NCBI GenBank assembly: GCA_965541515.1
Contig: CBEUCC010000001.1
Location: forward strand, 1-62,713
DNA: 62,713 nucleotides
DNA from: an uncultured Thermoplasmata archaeon
GTDB taxonomy: Archaea; Thermoplasmatota; DTKX01; DATEUP01
Direction of reading: 5' to 3'
The notes below the pieces were generated by a model that did no database searches, was not told where the DNA came from, and worked only from the letters and a program-made list of their open reading frames with translations. Positions 6,284 through 14,505 of the stretch are shown here, one piece after another. The position numbers and the translations under genes were made by a program. The number at the start of each line of letters is the position of its first letter. The stretch's first letter is position 1.

Positions 6284-8569
6284 ATGAGTGGACATTCACG
6301 TCCGCCAAACGGTTGGCGAGCCGTAATCGAAACGATCGTCGCCGCGCGGGCCCACGGAGAGGAGATCGTAAGGCAGTGGGAATCGCTGACCGCCGGGCTC
6401 CGATACACACCGTTGGAGGTCGTGAGCTATCTAGAGAAACGGAAGCTGTGGCACTATGATGACCTAATCCGGCACCTGATTCGGGCGGCCACCCCCCTAG
6501 AGGATCAATACGAATTCATCGTGAAGGTCGCGGCCACGTGGGGTCCAAGAGGTTTCTTCCGCATTTGGGGCACACTTACGGATGTTGCCACTTCAGATCC
6601 AACGTCCGCAACGCTTCTCCTTCGTCGACTACTCGAGGAGAATCCCCAAGGCGCCGCCTACGCTACGAGCGCTCTGCTGCTAGGGATCGCCATGTCCGAG
6701 TCACAACCCACGCTAACCGTGATCAAGGATGCGATCCGTTCGACAGTGCCCCATTCTCGGACTGCGGGACTGTGCGCGTTGTCTGATCTCATCAGGAAGA
6801 CAAACCAACTCACCCAATCGACCATAGCTGCAGTCGAAACGATCGCCGACCCCACGAATGAACTCGAAGCCGGAATAATGCTAGACATCTTCGAACGTGT
6901 GGCCTCTCTAGGGGGGCCGCCGATGGGCGAAAGGATCCTCAGGATCGCTAGGAGCGGGAGCACAGTTACGTTGAAGGAGGCCATCCGGATTTCAACAGAC
7001 ACCTTTGCCTCGGATGAGGCCTTCTTGAGGGAGCTTTTCGAAATAGCTTCTGCCAATCCGGAGGCTCTCCGAGGATTCTGGTCCGGAAGATTCATGGGAC
7101 TCATATACTCCTTTGATCCCGATGCGGTTCTCCGTGTTATCGGATCGGTTTCTGAGCAAACCTCTCTTGTGGATTCCTTCTACGATGGGGCGAACGAGTT
7201 CTTAGATGCCGTGGGAAAGAGCGATCGGGAGAGGTTCTTTGATGCGATCGGGGAATGGCTGAACCGAAGGAATTCCAGGCTACTAATCCAGGCGCCAGCC
7301 TTGGTTGCTCGGGCATTCAAAGGCAACGAGGATCAGCTTGTCGTACTGCTAAGAAAGTGGGAGTACGGCGAATCCCCTCAGTTCCTAGTCCGGCTGGAGA
7401 CGCTGAGGGAAGTGCTGTCGGAAGCGTCGATAGAGAAGAAACCAGCTTTTGGCGCCATTGTCCAGTCCGTTGAAGAGTTGGCCGACTCCGCAAGTGTAAA
7501 CAGACAACTTGCGCTCCAAGGCGAGACCGATCCCCGGTTCCGGGCTCTGCGTCTAGTTGATGCTTTGCTCAACCCGCCTCCGCCCATTGACCCCGTGCAG
7601 ATCAAGAGGTCGATGGGGTTTGTTCCAAGCTTGGTTCGATTTGTGCAGGAATCATTCATCGTCAAGGAATTAAAGAAGGGAGCAAGTGACCATCCATTGA
7701 TCCGAATGTTGGCAGTCAACGTACCCTCGTCTACGGACGTGGAAGCAGCCATTGGGGACCTTTCGAGCGAGGAGGAACCGAACAGATTGATGGCGGCCTG
7801 GGCGCGTGCCCGCCAGATGGTCAAGCTCTTCAACCATTTTGGCTACTGGGAGAAGGTGTTCTCGGGACTGAACGAGGGGGAGAAAGGGATGCCGTCGCTG
7901 CGTGACAAGCTGCGAAATTCCCCGCAGACGATAAGTGCTCTCGCTGAGGCGGAAGTCATTAGCCAGCTTAAGAGAGGCGGTGCGTTGGAGGTCGAGCCGA
8001 CCTTGGCCACAAGTGGCACCAAGCCGGACCTGCGGGTTGACCTAACTGAAGCCTCCGCTTTGCTGGAGGTCTATCGACCGAGCATGGAGAGATCCCTTCT
8101 GTTTGAGACCGGCGTTCACGGAATCAATCGGGCGAAGATCCGAGCTCCCATCGAAGCGAAGATCGCGGCGCAGTATGACGCGACCGCGGGCGACTTGGGA
8201 TTCCCTCTGTTCCTCGTAATGAACCTCGAGGAAACGCCTTACCTTGATTTCATGCTCCCGGAGTTCATGGTGGGAACAACCGCTGTAAGTCTACGTCTCA
8301 ATCCGTCAATGGGGACTGCAGAGATCGGTGGGCTCATCGCGCAGCCAGATGCAATGGGTGAAACTGACGAACGCTTGAACAGCATCAGTGGCGTCATTGC
8401 CTACCGCCGTGACCTCGTCTCAGAAGCCCCAGGCAAGCTTGTTGGGCGGATCTACCTGAATCCGCGAGCGGTTCGACCACTTGATCCTGAAGGCGTTCGA
8501 GAACTCCATCGTCGCTTCTTTGAAACGGATCCCCCAGACGACGAACCGTTCATTAATACCGATCCGTGA
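6284..8569 (+). CDS. Large hypothetical protein: all-helical (HEAT/ARM-like) N-terminal ~560 aa plus C-terminal nuclease-like (PD-(D/E)xK-like) module; no NTPase motif seen
   Basis: 761 aa with GGGAGGAG Shine-Dalgarno upstream. The C-terminal segment AEAEVISQLKRGG.LEVEP...GTKPDLRVDLTEASALLEVYRP resembles helix-E / beta-D / beta-E-x-(K) topology, but the Lys is not in the canonical place. I found no Walker A motif by eye. Confidence 0.6.
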   Translation: MSGHSRPPNGWRAVIETIVAARAHGEEIVRQWESLTAGLRYTPLEVVSYLEKRKLWHYDDLIRHLIRAATPLEDQYEFIVKVAATWGPRGFFRIWGTLTDVATSDPTSATLLLRRLLEENPQGAAYATSALLLGIAMSESQPTLTVIKDAIRSTVPHSRTAGLCALSDLIRKTNQLTQSTIAAVETIADPTNELEAGIMLDIFERVASLGGPPMGERILRIARSGSTVTLKEAIRISTDTFASDEAFLRELFEIASANPEALRGFWSGRFMGLIYSFDPDAVLRVIGSVSEQTSLVDSFYDGANEFLDAVGKSDRERFFDAIGEWLNRRNSRLLIQAPALVARAFKGNEDQLVVLLRKWEYGESPQFLVRLETLREVLSEASIEKKPAFGAIVQSVEELADSASVNRQLALQGETDPRFRALRLVDALLNPPPPIDPVQIKRSMGFVPSLVRFVQESFIVKELKKGASDHPLIRMLAVNVPSSTDVEAAIGDLSSEEEPNRLMAAWARARQMVKLFNHFGYWEKVFSGLNEGEKGMPSLRDKLRNSPQTISALAEAEVISQLKRGGALEVEPTLATSGTKPDLRVDLTEASALLEVYRPSMERSLLFETGVHGINRAKIRAPIEAKIAAQYDATAGDLGFPLFLVMNLEETPYLDFMLPEFMVGTTAVSLRLNPSMGTAEIGGLIAQPDAMGETDERLNSISGVIAYRRDLVSEAPGKLVGRIYLNPRAVRPLDPEGVRELHRRFFETDPPDDEPFINTDP

Positions 8570-8617
8570 GGGAGTCCCCAGGAACCAGCCTCCACCGGAA
8601 TTGCTCGAAAAGGGGGG

Positions 8618-8896
8618 CTATCGATGGCTAGGGGGATTCGCCTCATCGGGGCCATCACTCGATGACCGAACGCGCGCCCCCCACGGCGTCTGGAGCACCT
8701 CGAGCCACCCCTTCTCGGCCGCGTCGCGGACCCGGCGGGGGTCGTCCGCCGCGTACCCAGCAGCGGCCTCCTCGCGCGCGAGTTCTAGGAACGAAGCCGC
8801 CATGCGGTGGAGTTCCCGAGGAACGGACGGAGCGGACACGGGCGAGTCGTGGGGAGCTGCCCATATCAAGGTTGCGTGAGGGTCTGCGCGTTCCAT
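8618..8896 (-). pseudogene. Possible truncated PaREP1/HEPN-like helical protein fragment
   Basis: ...RELHRMAASFLELAREEAAAGYAADDPRRVRDAAEKGWLEVLQ resembles the N-terminal helix pair of archaeal PaREP1-type proteins (..FLE.A...L..G.....A.EK.W.A..). The ORF stops shortly afterwards. The start is uncertain (8896 or 8803). Confidence 0.25.
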
Positions 8897-8959
8897 CGGG
8901 GTTGCGCCGGATTCCTCCGGGGCAATGAAGGGGCTCGCGAACGCTCTCCCGTCGTTGGG

Positions 8960-10252
8960 TTGATAAGGCCTGATCGCCAACATCAGCCGGCCTTGATCCA
9001 ACCATCCGACCTCTACTGGCGGCGGCTGCTCACTTGGGCCCTTGGCGCGACGATCGTCCTTTCGCTCGTCGCCGTCGCCGCATTTCCCGGCCCCGGCGGA
9101 CACGAGACGCCCGCGGAGCCGGACGCGCCGCCTCCACCCGCCGCCGGAGGGCTAGAGGTGAGTGACCTCGATTGGTTCGTATGGGAGAGAAACAGCCCCG
9201 AAGGCTCGCACCTCAAGACCTGGGTCAACGTAACCAACCCGGGCAACGAGCCCGCCACAAACATGACGGCAGAGATGCGCGGCGCCACGACGGCGATCGT
9301 GTTCCGGGCTGGCGACGAGGGGATGTCTGGGAACGTGGGAAGGGGTGGCTCCTCGTCGCACACGTTCGAAGTCATCCCTCGCACCACTGCGAGGGTCTCG
9401 GCGCAGATAACGAGCAACTCGTTGCTTGGAAGCATCGGGCTGGAGGTCGTGTCGCCGAGCGGAAAAGTGTACGCTGGGGCTTCAAGCGGACAATCCGCCT
9501 CGGTCATGTTGGCCCTGCCCGATGTGAACGACGGCGTCTTCGGGGAGTGGAGCGCGACAGTCTCCCACACGGGGGGCGTGCGGGGATTCTCCTACTCTCT
9601 CGGCATATCTTCCGACTATACGGATGCCTTCGAGAACGTCAGCCTTCTTGAGCTCCCCGCGGGGGAGACCTACCATTTCTACTTCAACATCTGGGCTGAC
9701 GAACCCTACACGACCGTCCCCCCGGACCTGTCGATCACCGTAAACGGCACTGTTGTCGGGGACCAGGGCCCGGAGCGCGTGTCCTTTGTCGCGCGCTTTG
9801 AGGAGCCCGTCCAGCAGATCCCCGTGGAGGCTCCGACCGGAGGCGGCGGTGCGCTCTCCCCCGGCGAGTTCCTCGGGTTCTCCGCAATCGCCATCATCGG
9901 GCTCTCCGTCGCCTCCGGGGCGCTTCGAACGCGCGGCGGTCGCGCGACCTCGCAGGACCGTGCGCGGACGGAGGTCTCGATCCACCGGCTGGCGTGGCTC
10001 ACGGTGATCGCGGTGCTGGGAGTCCACGGCCTCGTGCAGCTCACCTCGGGCCACGCGCCGCTCGGATCCGTCTTGCTGGGGACGATCGCCTTCGGAGCAC
10101 TTGGCGGGATTGTCTGGTTCAACGCCTACCAACGACAGCGGGTGCTGGCGATGGAGTGGAGACGGTGGCTCCTGATCAAGGTCGGGGCCGTCGCGGTCGT
10201 CCTGGTCTTCGTCGGCTTTCACGTCGGGCTCTACGGGCGGCATTTCGGCTGA
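8960..10252 (+). CDS. Membrane protein: N-terminal signal anchor, extracytoplasmic beta-rich domain, C-terminal 4-TM His-containing bundle
   Basis: The track ORF starts at 8807 but overlaps the minus-strand ORF there. In-frame TTG codons at 8960 and 8993 precede the first TM (WRRLLTWALGATIVLSLVAVAAF). The C-terminal TMs carry conserved-looking His residues (IHRLAWLTVIAVLGVHGLV..., FVGFHVGLYGRH). Confidence 0.6.
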   Translation: MIRPDRQHQPALIQPSDLYWRRLLTWALGATIVLSLVAVAAFPGPGGHETPAEPDAPPPPAAGGLEVSDLDWFVWERNSPEGSHLKTWVNVTNPGNEPATNMTAEMRGATTAIVFRAGDEGMSGNVGRGGSSSHTFEVIPRTTARVSAQITSNSLLGSIGLEVVSPSGKVYAGASSGQSASVMLALPDVNDGVFGEWSATVSHTGGVRGFSYSLGISSDYTDAFENVSLLELPAGETYHFYFNIWADEPYTTVPPDLSITVNGTVVGDQGPERVSFVARFEEPVQQIPVEAPTGGGGALSPGEFLGFSAIAIIGLSVASGALRTRGGRATSQDRARTEVSIHRLAWLTVIAVLGVHGLVQLTSGHAPLGSVLLGTIAFGALGGIVWFNAYQRQRVLAMEWRRWLLIKVGAVAVVLVFVGFHVGLYGRHFG

Positions 10253-10350
10253 CAAGTTAGCAGGTCGCCCCGGCCGGCGCCCCGGGCGAAGACGGCCCCC
10301 TGTCCTGGCTCCGGGGCCTCATTCTCGGCTGCGAGACGGGCCGTGGCACG

Positions 10351-10358
10351 TTTATAAG
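10351..10358 (+). promoter_or_regulatory. TATA-like box TTTATAAG about 45 nt upstream of the GTG at 10398
   Basis: AT-rich octamer in GC-rich DNA. GGGGAGG lies between the box and the start codon. Confidence 0.45.
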
Positions 10359-10397
10359 CGAACCTCGGGAGTCCGTGCAAAGGGGAGGCCTGGCCAG

Positions 10398-13292
10398 GTG
10401 CGGGGCGTACTGGTTCTCCCCCTCCTTGTCGCAACGATTCTCGTTGCGGGGGCCGCCCCAGCGTTTGGCAATCTCATCCGTAACGACGTCGCCGTCCTGG
10501 AGGACACGACACTGATGGGTTACCGGGCAGAGTGGGTCTATGGCGGCAACGCCGCCGGGACCCTGCGCGACCAGGTGGCTGGGGCCGACGGCCAGGTCAA
10601 CGAATCGGACGCGGCGGTGTACCTGGAGGCTCGGCGGGCGGAACTCAACGGGTCGGCAGCACCGCTGCTGTCGTGGGACGGGTCCGCGCCCACATGGTGG
10701 GGGTTGGAGGTCTCGGCGACCGGGCTGACCACGAGTGGCGGAAAGGTGACCCTGGCCTTCGGGGGCAAGCTCCTCCTCAGTTCTTCTGAGGGCGAGCACC
10801 ACACATTCACGATCCAGAGGCCGTCCTCGCTGGACACTTTCACCGTTGCGCTATCGGTCCCCGGGGGTTGGTCCATCGAAGACGCAACGGGGCTGTCCGT
10901 CACGGCGCAGTCGAACAGCACGGTGATCGGGGACGTTACGGGCTCGCTCGCGGTGATCGAGGTGAGCGAGCTGCCGCCGGCCCCCACGCCGGACGAGAAC
11001 GACACGACCCCACCGGTCGTCAACGCCGGGCCCGACCAGACGGTTGCCATTGGTGACCTCGTCGCATTCGATGGGGCCGCGGCGGACGACCCGCCCTTCC
11101 CTGCGGGCGCCTCGTTTTGGTGGACGTTCCTCTACAACAACACGCCCACGAACTTCACGGGGCAGAACGTGTCGTACACATTCTGGGCCCTTGGCGAGTA
11201 CCTCATCACGTTCACGGCCATGGACGCTTCAGGCAACACGGCTGGCGACACCTTGCGCCTCTTGGTCCAAGCGCCCGACCTTGAACCCCCAACGGCATTC
11301 GCTGGCCAAGACCGGACGGAGGTGGCCGGCAACGCGTCGCAGTTCGTTGGGCAGGCGCAGGACAACGACGCCAACTTCCCCGAAGGCGCGCGGTTCGCCT
11401 GGTCCTTCACCTACAACGGGACGACCTTGACCTACCCGACCGCGGCCTTCTCCTTCGTCTTCTGGGTCGCGGGGCACTACACGCTGACCCTTGAGGCCAC
11501 CGACGCATGGGGGAACACCGGGACGGACGAGGTCAATGTAACGGTGGTCCTCCCTGACAGCGAGGCGCCCACCGTCCAGGCGGGGGCCGACACCACCGTT
11601 GAGGTGGGGAGGTCGTTGCGGCTGTCGGGCTTTGCGACGGACAACGACCCGGCCTTCCCTGACGGCGCAGATTTCTGGTGGACCTTTAGCCGCAACGGGG
11701 GCGACCTGAACGTGACCCTAACGGGCTTGGAGGCCGACTACAGCTTCACGGCGGACGGCGCTTACGCCGTCACGCTCTGGGCGAGCGACGCATGGGGCAA
11801 CACGGCCAACGACACGCTGCTCGTCCAGGTCACGCCCACCCCGTCCGGCGCCGGCGACTTGTCGGCCGGGCCTGCCGGCTTGGGGGCCATGGTCCTGGAT
11901 CCACTCTTCCTGTTGGGGGTCATCGGGTTGGTTGGCGCGAGCGTCGCGGGGGCGGTGTCGTTGCGCCGCCGGTTCGGGCGGGCCGCTCTCCAGGCTGCCG
12001 ACGCGCTGGCCGGCACAGCCCGCCCGGCGTACGTTGTCGAGGCCGTCCTGATCCTCAACCGCGATGGGCGGCTCATCCACTTCCAGGCTTCCGGGGCCGA
12101 AGGCGAGTACGAGAGCCCGGAGGTCATCGGCTCCATGTTCACTGCAGTGACGGAGTTCATCCGCGATTCCTTCGGCAAGGAAGGGGCGCTTTCTGGGCTC
12201 ACCTACGGGCAGAACACCATCGTGCTCGAGCGCAGTCGCCACCTCTTTGGTGCGGTCATCGTCTACGGCGAGCCCGGCGAACAGCTTGGCGAGATGCTCA
12301 CGGATGTGCTCCGCAGGCTCGAGGTGGCCTACGCGGGGCTCGTGGAGCGGTGGACGGGCGACCGCGAGGCGTTCGAGGGCATCGAAGGGTTCGTGGCCCC
12401 GCTGATCGCGCTCACCGCCGGCCTCACGCGGGCGGACGTGCGCGCGGCCACTAGCGACAAGACCGTGCGCCTCGGGTCAGGGACGGAGCACTTCAAGGGG
12501 TACATCCGGCTGCGCCTCGCGATGGTCAACCAGACCGAGTCCCTGATCCGGGACACACGGATCACGGTTCTCTTCAACCAGTCCGTGCTGCGCCTTGCGC
12601 ACGTCGAGCCGGCGGGGCTCAAGCGGGAGGGGCTCAGCGTGTACTTGGGAGACATCGCCCCCGGCGAGCGAGTGGGCGCCTCCTACTACCTTGACCCGCA
12701 GAGCTGCAGCCAGACCAACATCGAGGGGGTCGGCACCTACACGGACGCGTCAGGCGGGTCCCAGACGGTCAAGATGAAGCCGCGCTTGGCCGAGATCGTC
12801 TGCCCGCTCTTCTTCACCCCGGAGCACGCGAACCCCGCAATGATGCGGAGGCTCATCGACACGTCGCTGGACGCGCGGGACTCGCGGGTATACCGCGTGA
12901 CGGTGCTGCCCGAGGGTCTCACGTACGGGGACTTCTTCGGAATCGCTCGCGAGGCGGTGCAGCGCCACCACGTTGTGCTCGTTAGGAACATCAAGCGGGA
13001 GGAGCCGTTCGAGGGCAACGCCTGGTTCTACGGGCAGACGAAGCACTCGCGCAGTCCGGCGGTCATCCGGGTGACCGTCTCGGAGAAGCGCCGCGCGGCG
13101 GAGTTCTTCGTGGCCGTCGACTCGCCGGCGACACTCACGGGAATGTTGGCCGAGTTCCACCGGTCGTTCGCGGAGATCGTGACGTCGCGCGCGCCGGGGG
13201 TAGGCTTGGAGCCAGTGCTGGACGACTCGCTCAAGGTGATCCTGAGCGCCGAGGGGCTGGATCGGGCATTCGGGGATGAGGGCGGCAAGTAG
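10398..13292 (+). CDS. Type I membrane protein: signal peptide, three PKD-like repeats, one TM, cytoplasmic Roadblock/LC7-like domain, beta-sandwich-like domain and a C-terminal alpha/beta domain
   Basis: 964 aa. It has a three-fold repeat ...PPxxxAGxDxTVxxGxxxxFxGxAxDD/NDPxFPxGAxFWWTF...YxFxxxGxYxxTLxAxDAxGNTxxDTLxVxV. The TM is LFLLGVIGLVGASVAGAVSL. After it comes PAYVVEAVLILNRDGRLIHFQASG...VIGSMFTAVTEFIRDSFG...LSGLTYGQNTIVLERSRHLFGAVIVYG, the Roadblock/LC7 (MglB-like) pattern. Confidence 0.7.
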   Translation: MRGVLVLPLLVATILVAGAAPAFGNLIRNDVAVLEDTTLMGYRAEWVYGGNAAGTLRDQVAGADGQVNESDAAVYLEARRAELNGSAAPLLSWDGSAPTWWGLEVSATGLTTSGGKVTLAFGGKLLLSSSEGEHHTFTIQRPSSLDTFTVALSVPGGWSIEDATGLSVTAQSNSTVIGDVTGSLAVIEVSELPPAPTPDENDTTPPVVNAGPDQTVAIGDLVAFDGAAADDPPFPAGASFWWTFLYNNTPTNFTGQNVSYTFWALGEYLITFTAMDASGNTAGDTLRLLVQAPDLEPPTAFAGQDRTEVAGNASQFVGQAQDNDANFPEGARFAWSFTYNGTTLTYPTAAFSFVFWVAGHYTLTLEATDAWGNTGTDEVNVTVVLPDSEAPTVQAGADTTVEVGRSLRLSGFATDNDPAFPDGADFWWTFSRNGGDLNVTLTGLEADYSFTADGAYAVTLWASDAWGNTANDTLLVQVTPTPSGAGDLSAGPAGLGAMVLDPLFLLGVIGLVGASVAGAVSLRRRFGRAALQAADALAGTARPAYVVEAVLILNRDGRLIHFQASGAEGEYESPEVIGSMFTAVTEFIRDSFGKEGALSGLTYGQNTIVLERSRHLFGAVIVYGEPGEQLGEMLTDVLRRLEVAYAGLVERWTGDREAFEGIEGFVAPLIALTAGLTRADVRAATSDKTVRLGSGTEHFKGYIRLRLAMVNQTESLIRDTRITVLFNQSVLRLAHVEPAGLKREGLSVYLGDIAPGERVGASYYLDPQSCSQTNIEGVGTYTDASGGSQTVKMKPRLAEIVCPLFFTPEHANPAMMRRLIDTSLDARDSRVYRVTVLPEGLTYGDFFGIAREAVQRHHVVLVRNIKREEPFEGNAWFYGQTKHSRSPAVIRVTVSEKRRAAEFFVAVDSPATLTGMLAEFHRSFAEIVTSRAPGVGLEPVLDDSLKVILSAEGLDRAFGDEGGK

Positions 13293-13341
13293 CGCGACGA
13301 ACGCGCGTGGCTTGCGCGCCGCGCGGGGGATGTGAGCCTCT

Positions 13342-14433
13342 CTACCCTCGAACCCCTTGACTTGGCGCCTTGGTCCGGCCAGTCATCATCAGCAAGACCG
13401 ATTCCGAGGGGTCGAGGAAATTCGCCGCACGCATCTCCTGGAGGCCGGCAAGTCCGATCGCGCCCGTTGCCTCGACGGTGATACCCTCCGCGTGGAGCCG
13501 CGCAAGGGCGTCGCGCGTCTCCTGCTCGGCAACCCGAATCGCGGTTCCACCGCTCGAACGGAGCGCGCCGACCATTTGTGTGAGCCGCGGGGGCTTTGCG
13601 ATCTGCGTCCCGTCGGCGATCGTGTTGGCAGGCCCCCGAGGGCCCATGCCATCCAGGGCATCCACCATCGGCGAGTACCCCGACGGCTGCACTGCCACGA
13701 GCCTCGGCACGCGCTCCTCGAGCCCGGCCGCCACGAGCTCGGCGAACCCGCGCGCCAGCCCCAAGAGCAGCGTGCCGTTGCCGACGGGGGTGACAACCAC
13801 GTCGAAGGCCCCCGGCCCCGCCTCCTCGTGGATCTCGTACGCCGCCGTCTTCGTCCCCTGGATGAACCAGGGGGTCATCACGTGGCTCGCGTAGTAGTGG
13901 CCGCCAGCTTGCGCGAGGGCCACGGCGCGCGCGGTGACCGCGTCCCGGTCGCCGGGGACGCGCTCGAGCGTTGCGCCGAGCGCCTCGATGGCCGCCGCTT
14001 TGGCCTCCATGATCGAGGAGGGGGCGACTATGCGCGCCTTCAGCCCCGCCCGCGCGGCATATGCCGCGATGGCCGTCCCCGCGTTCCCGCTCGAGTCCTC
14101 CACGAGCGTCTGCGCGCCAAGCGCCTTCGCCTTGCTGACGACGACCGTCGCGCCCCGGTCCTTGAAGGACCCGGTGGGCGACATGTACTCCAACTTGACT
14201 GACGCGCCAATCGCGGGCACCTCCCGGATGGGCGTCCCGCCCTCGCCCAGCGAGACCGCCGCCTCGCGCGCGACAGGGAGGAGTTGCGCGTACCGCCATA
14301 CGCCCCGGCCCGACCACCGGGACGGGTCGGCGCAAGGCTCGAAGTCCCGGATGTCAAGCGGCCCCCCGCACGCGGCGCAAAGGCTCGCGGATTCGGGCGC
14401 CGCGGCCGCGCACCGGGTGCAACGGAGTTCCAC
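13342..14433 (-). CDS. thrC: Threonine synthase (short, Zn-ribbon N-terminus) / PLP-dependent beta-family enzyme
   Basis: N-terminal CxxC...CxxCG. PLP-lysine motif SPTGSFKDRG. The following SSGNAG motif is typical of the family. Confidence 0.75.
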   Translation of the reverse strand: MELRCTRCAAAAPESASLCAACGGPLDIRDFEPCADPSRWSGRGVWRYAQLLPVAREAAVSLGEGGTPIREVPAIGASVKLEYMSPTGSFKDRGATVVVSKAKALGAQTLVEDSSGNAGTAIAAYAARAGLKARIVAPSSIMEAKAAAIEALGATLERVPGDRDAVTARAVALAQAGGHYYASHVMTPWFIQGTKTAAYEIHEEAGPGAFDVVVTPVGNGTLLLGLARGFAELVAAGLEERVPRLVAVQPSGYSPMVDALDGMGPRGPANTIADGTQIAKPPRLTQMVGALRSSGGTAIRVAEQETRDALARLHAEGITVEATGAIGLAGLQEMRAANFLDPSESVLLMMTGRTKAPSQGVRG

Positions 14434-14505
14434 GCGCGGGGATCGTGCCGCCGGCTCAAAGCCGTTCCTGCCCCGCCGGCCCCCCGGCCGATCGCGCGCG
14501 GACGC

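Noticed and set aside
13028-14335. 435-aa minus-strand ORF (and several 130-280 aa ORFs) overlapping thrC
   Set aside because: It is out of frame with a gene that has clear PLP-enzyme motifs. The product is Arg/Gly/Ala/Pro-rich low-complexity sequence typical of off-frame translation of high-G+C DNA.
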